From the NCBI GenBank assembly GCA_964400155.1, contig CAYNSQ010000002.1:6797-70796 (forward strand): a stretch of 64,000 bases of DNA. Direction: 5' to 3'. The stretch comes from an uncultured Candidatus Saccharibacteria bacterium. Its GTDB lineage: Bacteria > Patescibacteriota > Saccharimonadia > Saccharimonadales > UBA10212. Position numbers and translations under genes: made by a program. The notes beneath the pieces were generated by a model. That model saw only the letters and a list, made by a program, of their open reading frames with translations. It did not search any database and was not told where the DNA came from. Each line of letters starts with the position of its first letter. Position 1 is the stretch's first letter. Shown piece after piece: positions 9,797 through 17,239 of the stretch.

Positions 9797-10388
9797 AATC
9801 AGCAAAAAGCGGGATTGCGTAAGGAGCATCAACAATTACTGTTGGATTGATGGCGTCTGTGTCTCTGATGTCATTAAATGATATGTCATCATGGTTAGCC
9901 CAATAAATAACTACTTTTCTAGTTGCCTCTAGGCATCTAGCCCCTTCTCCGCTCTCACTAGTAACCCCTTCTGTATTTCTAAGCACTAAGTCGTCTATAC
10001 CCATGTTCAATCTCGCGTTGTCCCAGACCCAGTTATCACTAATGTAGCAACCATCTATTTGAGTAGAGGCAAAAGTGGGTGTCTGGTTTTCTGGTTTGAA
10101 CTTGTCGCCCAACCAAGTAAGGGCGGCTGTTGCTATTACAATGGCACCTACGAACTTAATGCCCTCAATAGATCTGCTTGCAACTAAAGAAAAAAGAAAG
10201 TTTGGGTCATCTGCTGGGGGATCCGCATCAATAACTATATCCGTAAATGTGCCCGGCTCATCCCAATTAACATCTCCCCATAATTCACCGTCAGCAGCTT
10301 GGTCATAAGGTCGAGTCATGTTATTGCACGATTTTAACATCATTTGTATTATATTCAAGTTTTGCGTTGTGTTAGATGTGCTCCACAA
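9780..10388 (-). CDS. hypothetical single-pass membrane protein
   Basis: One TM (IKFVGAIVIATAALTWLG) and an extracytoplasmic part with two Cys. The start is uncertain (alternative Met codons near 10343 and 10319). The 3' end overlaps leuS convergently by 17 nt. Confidence 0.45.
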   Translation of the reverse strand: MWSTSNTTQNLNIIQMMLKSCNNMTRPYDQAADGELWGDVNWDEPGTFTDIVIDADPPADDPNFLFSLVASRSIEGIKFVGAIVIATAALTWLGDKFKPENQTPTFASTQIDGCYISDNWVWDNARLNMGIDDLVLRNTEGVTSESGEGARCLEATRKVVIYWANHDDISFNDIRDTDAINPTVIVDAPYAIPLFADSKPQS

Positions 10389-10448
10389 GGTATAATACTC
10401 ATTAAGTCGTCCAAGTTAAGTTCGACAATAAAAACTAAGGAAGTAAGA

Positions 10449-10595
10449 ATGGGAAAGCCAAAAAAGAGGACTAGTCCGCGTAGGACAGGCCTGCGACGCA
10501 GTCATCTGGTGCTAAAACTCTCGCGACGAGTTAACGCAACCAGCCCTGTTAAAGTTGCAACTACCAAAAACGAAACCGGTAGTAAAAAAAGCTAA
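10449..10595 (+). CDS. rpmF: 50S ribosomal protein L32
   Basis: Internal ATG preceded by AAGGAAG. The N-terminus MGKPKKRTSPRRTGLRRSH matches the L32 pattern (MAVPKrRtSksrrdkRRsH). Confidence 0.75.
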   Translation: MGKPKKRTSPRRTGLRRSHLVLKLSRRVNATSPVKVATTKNETGSKKS

Positions 10596-10637
10596 TTATT
10601 TATAGTAAAAATACGAACGTTAAGGAATAAACACTAA

Positions 10638-11108
10638 ATGGCATCAAACCGTCACCTAGGTAGAATCGTCGCCTTGCAGACTCTTTATGAGCAAGACTTC
10701 CGGCATGAATGCCAAGACGAAAGTTTTGACCTACAACAGGTAATGGCTCGAAACATTGGACGTTATGCCGAGACGATAGACGACAAAGAGTTTATAGAAA
10801 ACTTAGTAAACGGTGTTGACAGCAAAAAAGCAGAGCTTGATGACGTTATAAGGCCGGTTGCACCGGAGTGGCCGATAGAACAAGTCGCCCGAATTGACCG
10901 AACAGTTCTGCGGATTGGCGTATGGGAATTGTTGTTCAACGCCCAAGTCCCGCCAAAAGTTGCCATCAACGAAGCCGTAGAACTGGCAAAAAGTTTTGGC
11001 GGTGACAACTCATCAAAATTTATAAATGGAGTTTTAGGTACAGTCCTTAGGAATATTGAAACCACGTCTGAAAAATCATCAAAGTCCAAGAAAGAATCAA
11101 AGAAGTAG
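10638..11108 (+). CDS. nusB: transcription antitermination factor NusB
   Basis: Matches include RIVALQTLYE, DRTVLRIGVWELLF, PPKVAINEAVELAK and FINGVLG. Confidence 0.85.
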   Translation: MASNRHLGRIVALQTLYEQDFRHECQDESFDLQQVMARNIGRYAETIDDKEFIENLVNGVDSKKAELDDVIRPVAPEWPIEQVARIDRTVLRIGVWELLFNAQVPPKVAINEAVELAKSFGGDNSSKFINGVLGTVLRNIETTSEKSSKSKKESKK

Positions 11109-11111
11109 AAT

Positions 11112-11615
11112 ATGAAACGACCGAAACCGATAGCAGGTATAAAGAAATTTGCTCACAAACATCGCCCGGCAATCAACGAGGTAGTCCGTGAACCTACAGC
11201 CGGGGGTATTGTTTATCGACCTGCAAAAAGTGGAAGTGGAATAGAAATATTACTTATCCGTGATTCTAAAAATCGCTGGACTATTCCAAAAGGTCATATA
11301 GAAGAAGGAGAAACAGCTCGTCAAACAGCTGAGCGTGAAATCCGAGAAGAAACTGGTTTGCAAGAAATGGACGTGCAAGACTGGTTGGGTAAGATTAATT
11401 TTCGTTATAGACGAGCGAACAGTCTGGTTTTAATGACCACTGAGATTTTTTTAGTCAGAGCCAAGGGAAACACTGACAAAGTTCAATCTGAAGAGTGGAT
11501 GAGTAGTCTTGGATGGATGAGTAGCAATGATGCGCTAGAGAAAATTGAATACGATGATATCGGAAAACTAATTTTGTTAGCGCTAAAAAAGATTAGAGGA
11601 GACGGAGCGAAATGA
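11112..11615 (+). CDS. NUDIX hydrolase
   Basis: Nudix box GHIEEGETARQTAEREIREETG. Confidence 0.8.
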   Translation: MKRPKPIAGIKKFAHKHRPAINEVVREPTAGGIVYRPAKSGSGIEILLIRDSKNRWTIPKGHIEEGETARQTAEREIREETGLQEMDVQDWLGKINFRYRRANSLVLMTTEIFLVRAKGNTDKVQSEEWMSSLGWMSSNDALEKIEYDDIGKLILLALKKIRGDGAK

Positions 11616-11620
11616 ATTCG

Positions 11621-11715
11621 CATTTACCATTTACCATTTACTGTTTACCATTAAGTTATTATTTTTCATTTAACAATTTTCGAAAATGCCAAATGCAAAA
11701 TGCCAAATCAATGCC
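11621..11715. repeat. two heptanucleotide tandem arrays flanking an AT-rich core
   Basis: CATTTAC x3, then TGTTTAC and CATT, at 11621-11652. AAATGCC/AAATGCA/AAATGCC/AAATCAA at 11684-11711. The right array is an imperfect inverted version of the left (shared CATTT/AAATG core). Confidence 0.8.
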
Positions 11716-11760
11716 ACCTGCTAAATGCAACCTGTTAAATGTCTCCGAGGGAGATCTATA

Positions 11761-12462
11761 GTGGACTTAATTAAATACCAATCATTCGCTAATGATAAGT
11801 TTGGCGGATTTAATGACATCAACTTACTTGTAACTGCATTTACTCACCGTTCATATTTAAATGAACATAAGAAAACAGCCGGTGAGCACAATGAAAGACT
11901 TGAATTTTTGGGTGATGCTGTTTTAGAACTTGTTGTAACCGAATATCTGTATTCAAATTATCCGGATCCAGAAGGTATACTAACCAATTGGCGAAGTGCA
12001 TTGGTACGAACTGAAAGCATTTCAATTGCAGCCGCAGAAAGTGGTTTTGAGTCACTTTTACGTCTTAGCCGAGGAGAGAAGAGGGGTTCTAGCCGCGCCC
12101 GCGAACAAATCTTAGCGAATTGTTTTGAAGCAGTTGTGGGGGCTTTATATTTAGACAAGAGCTATGATGCCGCCAAACAGTTTATCAGTACTTCCTTATT
12201 ACCTTCTTTTGACAAAATACTTCATTCCGGTTCTTGGGTAGACCCAAAGTCGAATTTGCAGGAAAAAGTTCAGAGTAGTGAAGGATTTACTCCTATTTAC
12301 AAAGTTCTCAGTGAAGACGGGCCTGACCACGACAAGACTTTTGTAGTAGGGGTATTTGTAAGCGATAAACAAATTGGTAAAGGTGAGGGTCCAAGCAAGC
12401 AAGCAGCACAAGTCGCAGCAGCTAACGATGCGCTAAAACAATACACCTCACACCCAGGTTGA
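11761..12462 (+). CDS. rnc: ribonuclease III
   Basis: RNase III signature ERLEFLGDAVLELVVTEYL and a C-terminal dsRBD (GPDHDKTFVVGV...GEGPSKQAAQVAAA). The GTG at 11761, preceded by GAGGGAG, is preferred. The track ATG at 11725 lies inside the repeat region. Confidence 0.85.
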   Translation: MDLIKYQSFANDKFGGFNDINLLVTAFTHRSYLNEHKKTAGEHNERLEFLGDAVLELVVTEYLYSNYPDPEGILTNWRSALVRTESISIAAAESGFESLLRLSRGEKRGSSRAREQILANCFEAVVGALYLDKSYDAAKQFISTSLLPSFDKILHSGSWVDPKSNLQEKVQSSEGFTPIYKVLSEDGPDHDKTFVVGVFVSDKQIGKGEGPSKQAAQVAAANDALKQYTSHPG

Positions 12463-12487
12463 CAACAGAGGTGAATGGCTGTAGAAT
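12459..12487 (+). promoter_or_regulatory. sigma70-like promoter TTGACA-17 nt-TAGAAT upstream of rpsP
   Basis: TTGACA at 12459-12464 overlaps the rnc stop. TAGAAT lies at 12482-12487. Confidence 0.55.
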
Positions 12488-12553
12488 GATTGCAAGATAG
12501 TCCAGGATTGTAATTTCTGGGATTTAAATAAGGAGACAGTAATAAATTAACCA

Positions 12554-13102
12554 ATGTTAGCTATACGTATGCAGCGTACAGGCCGCAAAGGACACGCTCA
12601 ATTTAGAATGATTGTTCAAGACAGTCGGTTCAACCCATCAAGCGGACGGGTTGTGGCTTTTTTGGGTAGTTACAATCCGCACGCCAAAACTGTTATTTTA
12701 GACAAAGAAAAAGCAAACAAGTATCTTGCCAACGGTGCTCAGCCAACAGATAGAGTAGTTAAAATTTTTAAATCAGAAGGTGTGAAATTACCTGACTGGG
12801 TCTCTGTATCTTCCCCTGGTAAAAGGACTGTAAAGAACCCAGAAAAACTTCGCCGCAACCGTCCTGCTTCTGCAGAAACACCAAAAGAAAGTACCGAAGA
12901 TATTGTAGCCGACAAGCCAGCAGAGGCAGTAGCTACTGAAGAAAAAGCAACCCCAAATGAATCAACAGAAGCAGTCGCATCAGATAATACTTCTGCAGAA
13001 ACTACAGATACAGAACCTAGCGAAAAAACAAAAGCTGAAGAGACACCAGCCAAAGAAACAGAAGAAGTAAAAGAGTCTGCTGAAGATCAACCAGCAGATT
13101 AA
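12554..13102 (+). CDS. rpsP: 30S ribosomal protein S16 with a ~95-aa acidic low-complexity C-terminal tail
   Basis: The N-terminus MLAIRMQRTGRKGHAQFRMIV is typical of S16. The tail from about 12812 is rich in E/T/A/K/S. Confidence 0.9.
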   Translation: MLAIRMQRTGRKGHAQFRMIVQDSRFNPSSGRVVAFLGSYNPHAKTVILDKEKANKYLANGAQPTDRVVKIFKSEGVKLPDWVSVSSPGKRTVKNPEKLRRNRPASAETPKESTEDIVADKPAEAVATEEKATPNESTEAVASDNTSAETTDTEPSEKTKAEETPAKETEEVKESAEDQPAD

Positions 13103-13180
13103 AACAAACACAACCCGCTTATACATTAAGCCGGTAGTGTATAATTCAAAATATAAATTACTAAGTAGCAGGAGAAGACC

Positions 13181-13633
13181 ATGTCAAGCAGTATTGACCA
13201 GCAATTCATTGAATATATAGTTAAGTCCTTAGTCGGAAATCCAGACAAAGTTAGCGTAGAGCGACGAATAGATGAGAAGGGTGTTCTACTAGAGCTGACA
13301 GTAGACCCTGAAGACCTTGGGCGGGTCATAGGTAAACGTGGTTCTACCGCTCAAAGTCTACGAACTTTACTGCGAGCGTTAGGAACAAAAAATGATGCTC
13401 GCTACAACCTTAAAATTGTTGACACCGGACCACCAAAAGAACGCTTTAACGGCACTGATTCTGATGCACAGTCTGTAAAAAGCGATAACAACGGGACTTC
13501 ACCGACTGCCACAACAACTGATGACGAGACACCGGTTGAAGAAAAAGTAGCAGCTAAAGAAGAAAGTTCGCATGCTGATGTTTTAAGTAGAACCCGTGCA
13601 GAACTGGCAGACCTTGACGACTTAGACGTTTAG
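13181..13633 (+). CDS. KH-domain RNA-binding protein (YlqC/UPF0109-like) with an acidic C-terminal tail
   Basis: KH motif VIGKRGSTAQSLRTLL. It occupies the position between rpsP and trmD. The tail starts at about 13427. Confidence 0.75.
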   Translation: MSSSIDQQFIEYIVKSLVGNPDKVSVERRIDEKGVLLELTVDPEDLGRVIGKRGSTAQSLRTLLRALGTKNDARYNLKIVDTGPPKERFNGTDSDAQSVKSDNNGTSPTATTTDDETPVEEKVAAKEESSHADVLSRTRAELADLDDLDV

Positions 13634-13665
13634 CTAAACAGCTGAAAGCCTAAAGCTTATAGCTC

Positions 13666-14334
13666 ATGAAAATACAAATAATTAGTCTATTTCCAGAGAT
13701 GTTTGAAGGTGTGCTGGGGACTAGTATGCTTTGGAAAGCACAAAAAAATGGGTTAGTTGAATATGAGTTAATTAATTTGCGAGATTTTGGTCTGGGCAAT
13801 CGAAAGGTTGTGGACGATACACCGTACGGCGGAGGTGACGGAATGTTACTGCAAATTGAACCACTGGTAGCCGCTATTGAATCGGCTAAGAAAAAAGCCA
13901 ATCATTCGACAGGCTCAGATCAAGCAAGCCAAAAGTCAAAGGTCATTCTTATGACACCAAGAGGTTCTACATATAGACAAGCAAAAGCGCAAGAGTTGTC
14001 AAAGTATGATGATTTAATTTTAGTTTGTGCAAGATATGAAGGTTATGATGAACGTGTGGTTGAATATGTTGATGAGCAGATTTCAATCGGGGACTATGTA
14101 CTGACCGGCGGTGAGCTACCAGCAATGGTGTTACTTGATTCTGTAGTGCGATTAATTCCCGGAGTCTTAGGGGGTGAGACAAGTGCACAAAAAGAAAGTT
14201 TTGCCGATGGCAAAACACGCGAACACCCTCAATATACCAGGCCAGAAAATTTTCGCGGGCAATCTGTACCTGATGTACTACTTAGTGGTAATCATGCAGA
14301 TATCGAAAAATGGCGCCATGAAAATAGCTTATAA
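13666..14334 (+). CDS. trmD: tRNA (guanine37-N1)-methyltransferase
   Basis: Matches include FPEMF, DDTPYGGGDGM, CARYEGYDERV, SIGDYVLTGGELPAMV and GNHADIEKWR. Confidence 0.9.
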   Translation: MKIQIISLFPEMFEGVLGTSMLWKAQKNGLVEYELINLRDFGLGNRKVVDDTPYGGGDGMLLQIEPLVAAIESAKKKANHSTGSDQASQKSKVILMTPRGSTYRQAKAQELSKYDDLILVCARYEGYDERVVEYVDEQISIGDYVLTGGELPAMVLLDSVVRLIPGVLGGETSAQKESFADGKTREHPQYTRPENFRGQSVPDVLLSGNHADIEKWRHENSL

Positions 14335-14378
14335 AACTTTTAACTAATATCTAATAACTAATAATAGGTTATAGGTTA

Positions 14379-14416
14379 CCCTCCTCCGCTAAAGCTTCGG
14401 CGGGCAGGCAGGTTTT
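14379..14416 (+). terminator. probable intrinsic terminator of the rpsP-KH-trmD unit
   Basis: A bulged GC-rich hairpin (CCGC at 14386-14389 pairs with GCGG at 14400-14403, with flanking CCT/AGG pairs) is followed by TTTT at 14413-14416. Confidence 0.5.
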
Positions 14417-14504
14417 AGGTTACTTTATTACATCATTTATTGCTTGCATGACTCGGGAACAAGTAATATAAATAAGTTATAATCTAATCAGGATTTACAC
14501 TTCT

Positions 14505-14993
14505 ATGGCCCAAAAAAAATCTAAATCTAAAAAAATTCCAACAGACCCACCAGCGCTATCCGATAAAGAATGGAATATACTTGGTCTGGCAGGACTAGCA
14601 CTTTTTTTGATGGCAGTTTTGCAACTGGCAAGTTTTTCTGATTTCAAAGATTGGATGGCACAAGTTAAAATGGCGCAACCGTCAGCCTGGGCCATTGGGC
14701 TAATAATTGCAGAACTTTGGGGGGCTGCCGGTATGTTCAAACTTGGACTAAGTCCATTGTTTAGGGCTGTAAGTTCTGGCCTTGCCTTGTTAGCTAGTGG
14801 ATTTTGGTTTGTCCAGAGTCTCAGACTATTCTCAAGCAGTAGTAGTGGAGACTTGAATAACAGCGGCTTTTTTGGAGGCTTTTTAACGCAAGCACCCGGC
14901 TGGATGCCAGTTTTGTTTTCAACCCTTTTGCTTGTCGTAGTTCTTTACAGTCTTGAGCTTTTTCGTGATTATTATAAGAAACACTCCAGCTAG
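14505..14993 (+). CDS. hypothetical multi-pass membrane protein
   Basis: About four hydrophobic segments and a Lys-rich N-terminus. No recognisable family motif. Confidence 0.5.
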   Translation: MAQKKSKSKKIPTDPPALSDKEWNILGLAGLALFLMAVLQLASFSDFKDWMAQVKMAQPSAWAIGLIIAELWGAAGMFKLGLSPLFRAVSSGLALLASGFWFVQSLRLFSSSSSGDLNNSGFFGGFLTQAPGWMPVLFSTLLLVVVLYSLELFRDYYKKHSS

Positions 14994-15080
14994 TATTTTA
15001 GTAAATAACTTTGATTGTTAGCTGCAACGCGACTTGGACGGTATAATTAAGTTAAATGTTAAATGATTGGGGAAAGTTGA

Positions 15081-15680
15081 ATGTTTGAATTACCAAAACT
15101 TGCTTATGGATATGCGGATTTAGAACCATATATTGACGCTAAGACAATGGAAATACATTACACAAAACACCATGCCACATACGTAGCTAAACTAAACGAG
15201 GCTGTTGATAAATATCCCAATCTTAAAACAAAAACAATAGAAGATTTACTGTCCGGCATTGACGATATACCACAAGATGTTCGTACTGCGGTGCAGAATC
15301 ATGGAGGAGGCCATTATAACCATAGTATGTTTTGGGAAATAATTGCTCCTGGTGGAGTAAAAACACCCGCTGGTGTACTAGAGGAAAAGATCAAATCTAA
15401 ATTTGGAAGTTTTGAAGAATTTAAAGCCAACTTCTCCGAGGTGGCTGCCGGAAGGTTTGGCAGTGGTTGGGCTTGGTTGGTTGATGGGGCTGAAGGTATA
15501 GAAGTATATTCTACAGCCAACCAAGACTGTCCGATTATGGAAGGTAAGGTTCCGCTACTTGGGTTGGATGTTTGGGAACATGCTTATTATTTAAAATACC
15601 AAAACCGACGACCGGAATACATTGAAGCTTTTTGGAATATTGTGAACTGGGATGTAGTTAGCTCAAAGCTCAAAGCCTAA
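15081..15680 (+). CDS. sodA: Fe/Mn superoxide dismutase
   Basis: Matches include LPKLAYGYADLEPYID, HYTKHH, GGGHYNHSMFW and DVWEHAYYLKYQNRR. Confidence 0.9.
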   Translation: MFELPKLAYGYADLEPYIDAKTMEIHYTKHHATYVAKLNEAVDKYPNLKTKTIEDLLSGIDDIPQDVRTAVQNHGGGHYNHSMFWEIIAPGGVKTPAGVLEEKIKSKFGSFEEFKANFSEVAAGRFGSGWAWLVDGAEGIEVYSTANQDCPIMEGKVPLLGLDVWEHAYYLKYQNRRPEYIEAFWNIVNWDVVSSKLKA

Positions 15681-15691
15681 AGCTCAAAGCT
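15660..15691. repeat. heptamer tandem repeat (AGCTCAA)x~4.5
   Basis: AGCTCAA AGCTCAA AGCCTAA AGCTCAA AGCT spans the last sodA codons, its stop codon and the stop of the convergent gene. Confidence 0.8.
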
Positions 15692-15920
15692 ATTTTTCTA
15701 TTTTAGGTTTGGATTTTTCCCATATTAGTTTGATTTTGGTTTTAACTATGTTTAGGTGTTTTTCAGCCCAATCAAATTCTAAGGAAAGTATAAATAAAGC
15801 AAGAAAACAAACCAACAGACCAGGACCTGGAAGTGGAATAAGCACTATGCCTACCGCTAGCAAAGGAAAACCAATTATGGCCACCAGTATTTTTCTAGTT
15901 GATTTCTTAAGTTTCTCCAT
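15690..15920 (-). CDS. small PGPGW-motif membrane protein
   Basis: 76 aa with two TMs and the LIPLPGPGLL motif typical of the 'PGPGW' putative transmembrane family. Confidence 0.6.
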   Translation of the reverse strand: MEKLKKSTRKILVAIIGFPLLAVGIVLIPLPGPGLLVCFLALFILSLEFDWAEKHLNIVKTKIKLIWEKSKPKIEK

Positions 15921-15988
15921 AAAGTGCTCTAATTTTACAGATATATATGATAAAGTTCAAACTAAAAACTTAACTTGTTAAGTATTTG

Positions 15989-16630
15989 TTATGCAAGGGT
16001 AGTTACTGCTCGGGCAGTAACTAAGACTACAGTTATTAGTGATATAAAGGCTTGCAAACCCATCAGAGCTTTGGTGCCGTGTGTTAATGGTGCTGTATCA
16101 GTGGGGCTAAACGCAGTTGAGTTTGTAACAGAAAGGTATAGATAATCAAGATAAGAAGGTTCCCATTTTTTTGCAGCATCAGTGTCTAAAACCATTTGCG
16201 GAAAAAAGAATTGTGGTTGTGCATCGTGCTTTCTAATTCCTGTAAGACCGGGGCTATCTATTTCCCAAAACCATATACTGAAGATGATGATATTGGTAAG
16301 ATAAATCGTTGCGGCAGAAAAAATTACTTCATGTCCACTGACTACGGTACCATTAATCAAACTATCGGCAACGAGTAACATAGATGCCGCATTAACAGTG
16401 GTAATTACGGCAATCAATACCAATGAAAAATCTCGTCTTATTCTTGTGGCTAAACTATGATTTAACGGTGTTGTAATTCCAATACCAAATACTAAAAGGA
16501 TTTCCATGCAGGCAATGAAATATTTTGGAGCGACTAGTAGTTCGTCGTTAAGAGTCAATTGAAGACCAATCGCAACCAATATAGCAGCCTGTGCATAACC
16601 AAGTTCAAATTTAGTAAGCAGTCTACGCAT
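15989..16630 (-). CDS. hypothetical multi-pass membrane protein (possibly DUF1345-like)
   Basis: Five or six hydrophobic segments. The family assignment comes only from general architecture and the C-terminal YLYLSVTNSTAFSPTD segment. Confidence 0.45.
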   Translation of the reverse strand: MRRLLTKFELGYAQAAILVAIGLQLTLNDELLVAPKYFIACMEILLVFGIGITTPLNHSLATRIRRDFSLVLIAVITTVNAASMLLVADSLINGTVVSGHEVIFSAATIYLTNIIIFSIWFWEIDSPGLTGIRKHDAQPQFFFPQMVLDTDAAKKWEPSYLDYLYLSVTNSTAFSPTDTAPLTHGTKALMGLQAFISLITVVLVTARAVTTLA

Positions 16631-16743
16631 TTTCTATTATCCTAAGTATAACGCTATTGCTTGTTCATTTGTTAAAAAAATATTCTAGTTTAAATCAACA
16701 TCTGGCAAAATAACACTTAAAGACCTATAATCTAACGAGTTAA

Positions 16744-16793
16744 TGGGGATTGGCCAAGCGGTAAGGCACTGGGTTCTGGTCCCAGGATCGGGG
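16744..16793 (+). pseudogene. truncated tRNA-Gln(CUG) copy 1 (acceptor 5' strand to T-stem 5' strand only)
   Basis: Identical to 17108-17157. It diverges after GATCGGGG and has no T-loop, acceptor 3' strand or CCA. Confidence 0.7.
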
Positions 16794-16925
16794 TGAAATC
16801 TGCCAGTGGCAGATTGCAAGGAAACCTTCTCTTGAAAACTTGTTTTCAAAGATGAAGTTTCGGGGTCGCCGAAGGTGACTCGAATCGGATTCGAACCCCG
16901 CATAGAGTATAATTTGTTAGGTTAA

Positions 16926-16975
16926 TGGGGATTGGCCAAGCGGTAAGGCACTGGGTTCTGGTCCCAGGATCGGGG
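16926..16975 (+). pseudogene. truncated tRNA-Gln(CUG) copy 2
   Basis: Same as copy 1. Confidence 0.7.
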
Positions 16976-17107
16976 TGAAATCTGCCAGTGGCAGATTGCA
17001 AGGAAACCTTCTCTTGAAAACTTGTTTTCAAAGATGAAGTTTCGGGGTCGCCGAAGGTGACTCGAATCGGATTCGAACCCCGCATAGAGTATAATTTGTT
17101 AGGTTAA

Positions 17108-17181
17108 TGGGGATTGGCCAAGCGGTAAGGCACTGGGTTCTGGTCCCAGGATCGGGGGTTCGAATCCCTCATCCCCAGCCA
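17108..17181 (+). tRNA. tRNA-Gln (anticodon CUG), CCA encoded
   Basis: Acceptor TGGGGAT/ATCCCCA has U1:A72 and discriminator G, as in bacterial tRNA-Gln. The anticodon arm is CTGGG-TTCTGGT-CCCAG and the T-arm is GGGGG-TTCGAAT-CCCTC. It is closely collinear with the E. coli tRNA-Gln2 sequence as I remember it. Confidence 0.9.
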
Positions 17182-17239
17182 ATCAATTTGCCTATAATAA
17201 CTATTCGAATGTAAAACATTGCTCTATGCTTAGTACTGG

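Larger units (their letters stand above)
16744..17107 (+). repeat. two perfect 182-bp tandem units (tRNA-Gln 5' fragment plus 132-nt hairpin-rich module plus TATAAT box)
   Basis: Units 16744-16925 and 16926-17107 are identical by eye, and the period of 182 continues into the intact tRNA at 17108. Per unit: nt 1-50 equal tRNA-Gln nt 1-50. Hairpins lie at unit nt 54-72 and 87-109, and a three-way junction at 118-157. TATAAT is at unit nt 165-170, 12 nt before the next TGGGG. Confidence 0.9.

Noticed and set aside
13645-13657. The 13-mer AAAGCCTAAAGCT is shared between 13645-13657 and 15672-15684, and AAAGCT-like words occur in other spacers (14390, 54420). This could be a dispersed intergenic repeat.
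   Set aside because: An exact match of 12-13 nt between two sites is expected by chance many times in 64 kb of AT-rich sequence. The flanks do not align and the sites share no secondary structure.
16685-17085. Two minus-strand ORFs (72 and 79 aa) with nearly identical sequences (MRGSNPIRVTFGDPETSSLK...).
   Set aside because: They read straight through the tRNA-Gln fragments and the hairpin module on the opposite strand. Their duplication simply mirrors the 182-bp DNA repeat, and they have no SD or plausible protein features.
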